From assembly GCA_008632985.1 (NCBI GenBank), contig QPGO01000058.1, positions 248,001-312,000 on the forward strand: DNA of 64,000 bases, in the 5' to 3' direction. The notes beneath the pieces are model-generated. The model was given only the letters and a program-made list of their open reading frames with translations, did no database searches and was not told where the DNA came from. Shown piece by piece: positions 61,500 through 64,000 of the stretch. Position 1 is the first letter of the stretch, and every line of letters starts with the position of its first letter. Both the position numbers and the translations under genes were made by a program. Source of the stretch: Psammoneis japonica. Its lineage: Eukaryota.

Positions 61500-63960
61500 C
61501 AAACAGAACGCATCGAGGAGGGTGATCAATCCTCCCTTCTGTGGTCACAAGAGTTGATAGATGGGAGCAACGCTGAGAGTCCCATGGCACTGTGGACTGA
61601 CTCATGCGGCAAAACTCTGTCAGCTTGGGCACCCGTCATGGTTCTTGGCTTGTCACATGGAGTTGAAAAAATGACTTCAGAGCCATCAGACAGAAGTCAC
61701 AACTGCATCCTGCATCCTTTCTCACAGCAGTGTTGCCTCACATGGCATGGCTTGGCTCTTAGATGATGAGGTGCACCACCATTTGGAGTTGGTGGTGTCC
61801 CTCTCCAATCTCTAGACAACCCACTCCAGTGTTGCAGTTTGGTCAAGAGGAGGAGAGCAGAGAAGGGCGGAGTGTCAATCTGTGACTTGTTCATGTGTGG
61901 GATGCCCACCATTGACCTGTTTCTATCTGGAAAGACAATCCTGTGTCTGGCCTCATGTCCCATTTGGAAAGTGCCATAAATCTGAGGGCTGTGACAACAA
62001 GATCAGGCTGGGACCTGGCGCCAAAAAGCTCCTCCTCAAAGTCTCCCCAAAAAGCCCCAAAAGAGATCAGGCACTCACAGAACATGCTGAAATTAGAAAA
62101 TTTAAATGCAAAGAGATGCAACAGCATGATGGCACCATCCCCCCGAGTGCAGACACAACAAAGTGTCCCCTCCGACACCTTTTGGTTTCTCTGTCATTGG
62201 CGCAACTGCCTGATGTCCCAAAGTGCCCAAGGAGGTTGGCATTCCACCACACTCTCACAAGGGACAATCCTGCAGGCACTTGCATGGAATTGTGGTTTTT
62301 GTGTCAGAGACAAAAGAAGTTGAAGAAGTGAGTGGGGTGCTTGGCTTCACATGGATCAGGTGGGGGCCAACACATTCGCCCGACGCGACACACACGTCCT
62401 GACAAAGTCATCATTGCTGATGGCACTGTGATTCTACACAATTCTTTGGGCATGAAAGACAAAGTTGTGAGAGGCATGATTTCAACAGCTTGAAGGAGAC
62501 ATTGTGGCAAATTGAATTTGCCCCAATTGCAAATTGTGCACATGCGTGCAACCAAAGCTTCTCTGTTGTGTCCCATTTAGTTGTGTGCGAAACAAGGTGT
62601 GAACCATTTTGTCCTTCCCACACAAATCTGCCATTTTGTCCCGCACTGACAAAAAGAAGATGTTCAAGAAATGACTGGTTGATCATGACATCTCAATCAC
62701 TGTGATGTGATGATGTCAGTGTGTTCTTTTTGAAAGATCGATCTTTCTGAGGTGTCAGCTTCCGATGCATGGCATGTGACATGCACACAAGATGTGTGGT
62801 GCAAACAGGCACATGCACGCATGCACACATGCACTCAGCTGACAAAGCAAAGCCCTGTGCTCCCCCAGAAGTGGGCCTGCCTGGTGCAGCGACTGGGCAA
62901 GCTCTCTCTTTGTGCCTTCTCTTTGTGCCTTCTCTTCTGCATTTCTTGGCTAAATGACCCAAAAGGATGCTGTGTTTGTCCCCAAACAGTTTTTGGAGCA
63001 ACGGGCCAGCTTGCCAAAAAGAGGCCCATGTGCAACAACAACCTGGCACAGAAACAAATGTCGGGGTGTGGCTCTCTCTCCTTGTGCTTTCCTCTCTGCC
63101 ATGTTGCAAAAACATGGCAAAACAGTGTTTCACTTTCTTGCACTGCTGCAAAACAATCTCGATGTGTTCCAGCTCTGGGTGGGACCTGTGCTGCTGAACT
63201 GTGACATCAATGGTTTTTTAGATTATGCCGCATGTCGCGCATGCAGATGGCTGCATGTGACATTCTATGAAATTGTTTCATGCTTCCTGTTTTGCGAAGC
63301 CAAAGGCTTTCTATTTTCAACATTTGTGAGAGTGAAAATGCGCTGGGTGTGTTCTTTGGTGTCTGCAGAACATGCCCGTGCAAACTGTCAATGACATGCT
63401 TCAAGTGTGAAGGAGGAGATGCATTCATAAAATTGCCTCTTTTTCTGTTGGTGATCATTTGTGTTTTGGTCACTTGATGAATTCACCATGGAGCTTGCAC
63501 ACAGAGTTCTGTCATGGGCCCAATGTCACACGGAGTCCCACCTGGGGCTGGAACCCATCTCTCAAACAAAGGCTCGTTTGGCGCTTGCATCTGCAGCGGG
63601 CACTGCAGTGTGTGTGCATCAAAAGGAAGGAGGAGAAAAGATGTGCTCGCACACTCCTTGGGCTTTCCAAGACAGGGTCAGAGCTTGTGCACACAACAAC
63701 ATGTGAAAAAAGTGAGGTGCGCAGCTCCTGTGGCAAGTGACAAGACAAGGGGCTCAAACAACACATTCTTCTTCTTGTGCAGCCAATGGCTTGAAGATGA
63801 AGTGGTCCCAGATGAGTTTGCAGCCACCCAACACTGAGCTGCGGTGCAGCAGGATGAGAGGTGTGTGCTCATTTGCGCTTCTTGCCACACTTGCGCAAGA
63901 GCGATGCTGCGTCCACAACACCAATCATGTCAAATTGATCTGTCCGCTGGCCACGCCCCA
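61500..63960. mobile_element. TpA-depleted degenerate repeat block; 62400-63900 is a paralogue of parts of 51.5-59.5 kb
   Basis: Direct sequence similarity to several segments of the 51.5-59.7 kb cluster. TA is nearly absent. Confidence 0.75.
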
Positions 63961-64000
63961 CTCCCGGATTTAGATTCGGATTCCGCTCACCACCTTCCAA

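Overview
Eukaryotic nuclear DNA from a diatom, shown by a silicon transporter with four GXQ motifs, ASAFAP-type plastid-targeting presequences and short GT-AG introns. About 20 host genes alternate with six blocks of degenerate transposon DNA (~6.6-8.3, 9.9-11.4, 23.2-30.2, 46.5-48.8, 52.1-59.7 and 61.5-64 kb). There is one assembly gap (51930-52086). Many host genes carry single frameshifts, probably sequencing indel errors. The main signal is that the transposon blocks have lost almost all TpA dinucleotides, and variably CpG. Paralogous copies inside the window show TA->TG/CA transitions, and transposon ORFs contain no tyrosine. This points to a repeat-targeted A:T->G:C hypermutation process with the opposite polarity to fungal RIP. 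Also notable: a 1458-bp element with 16-bp TIRs, a 9-bp TSD and a RecQ-like helicase (AcademH-like), a signal peptide + AIG1-like GTPase + Hedgehog-type Hint fusion gene, and a Crinkler-like REase gene spared between two mutated blocks. All calls were made by eye from motifs; no searches were run.
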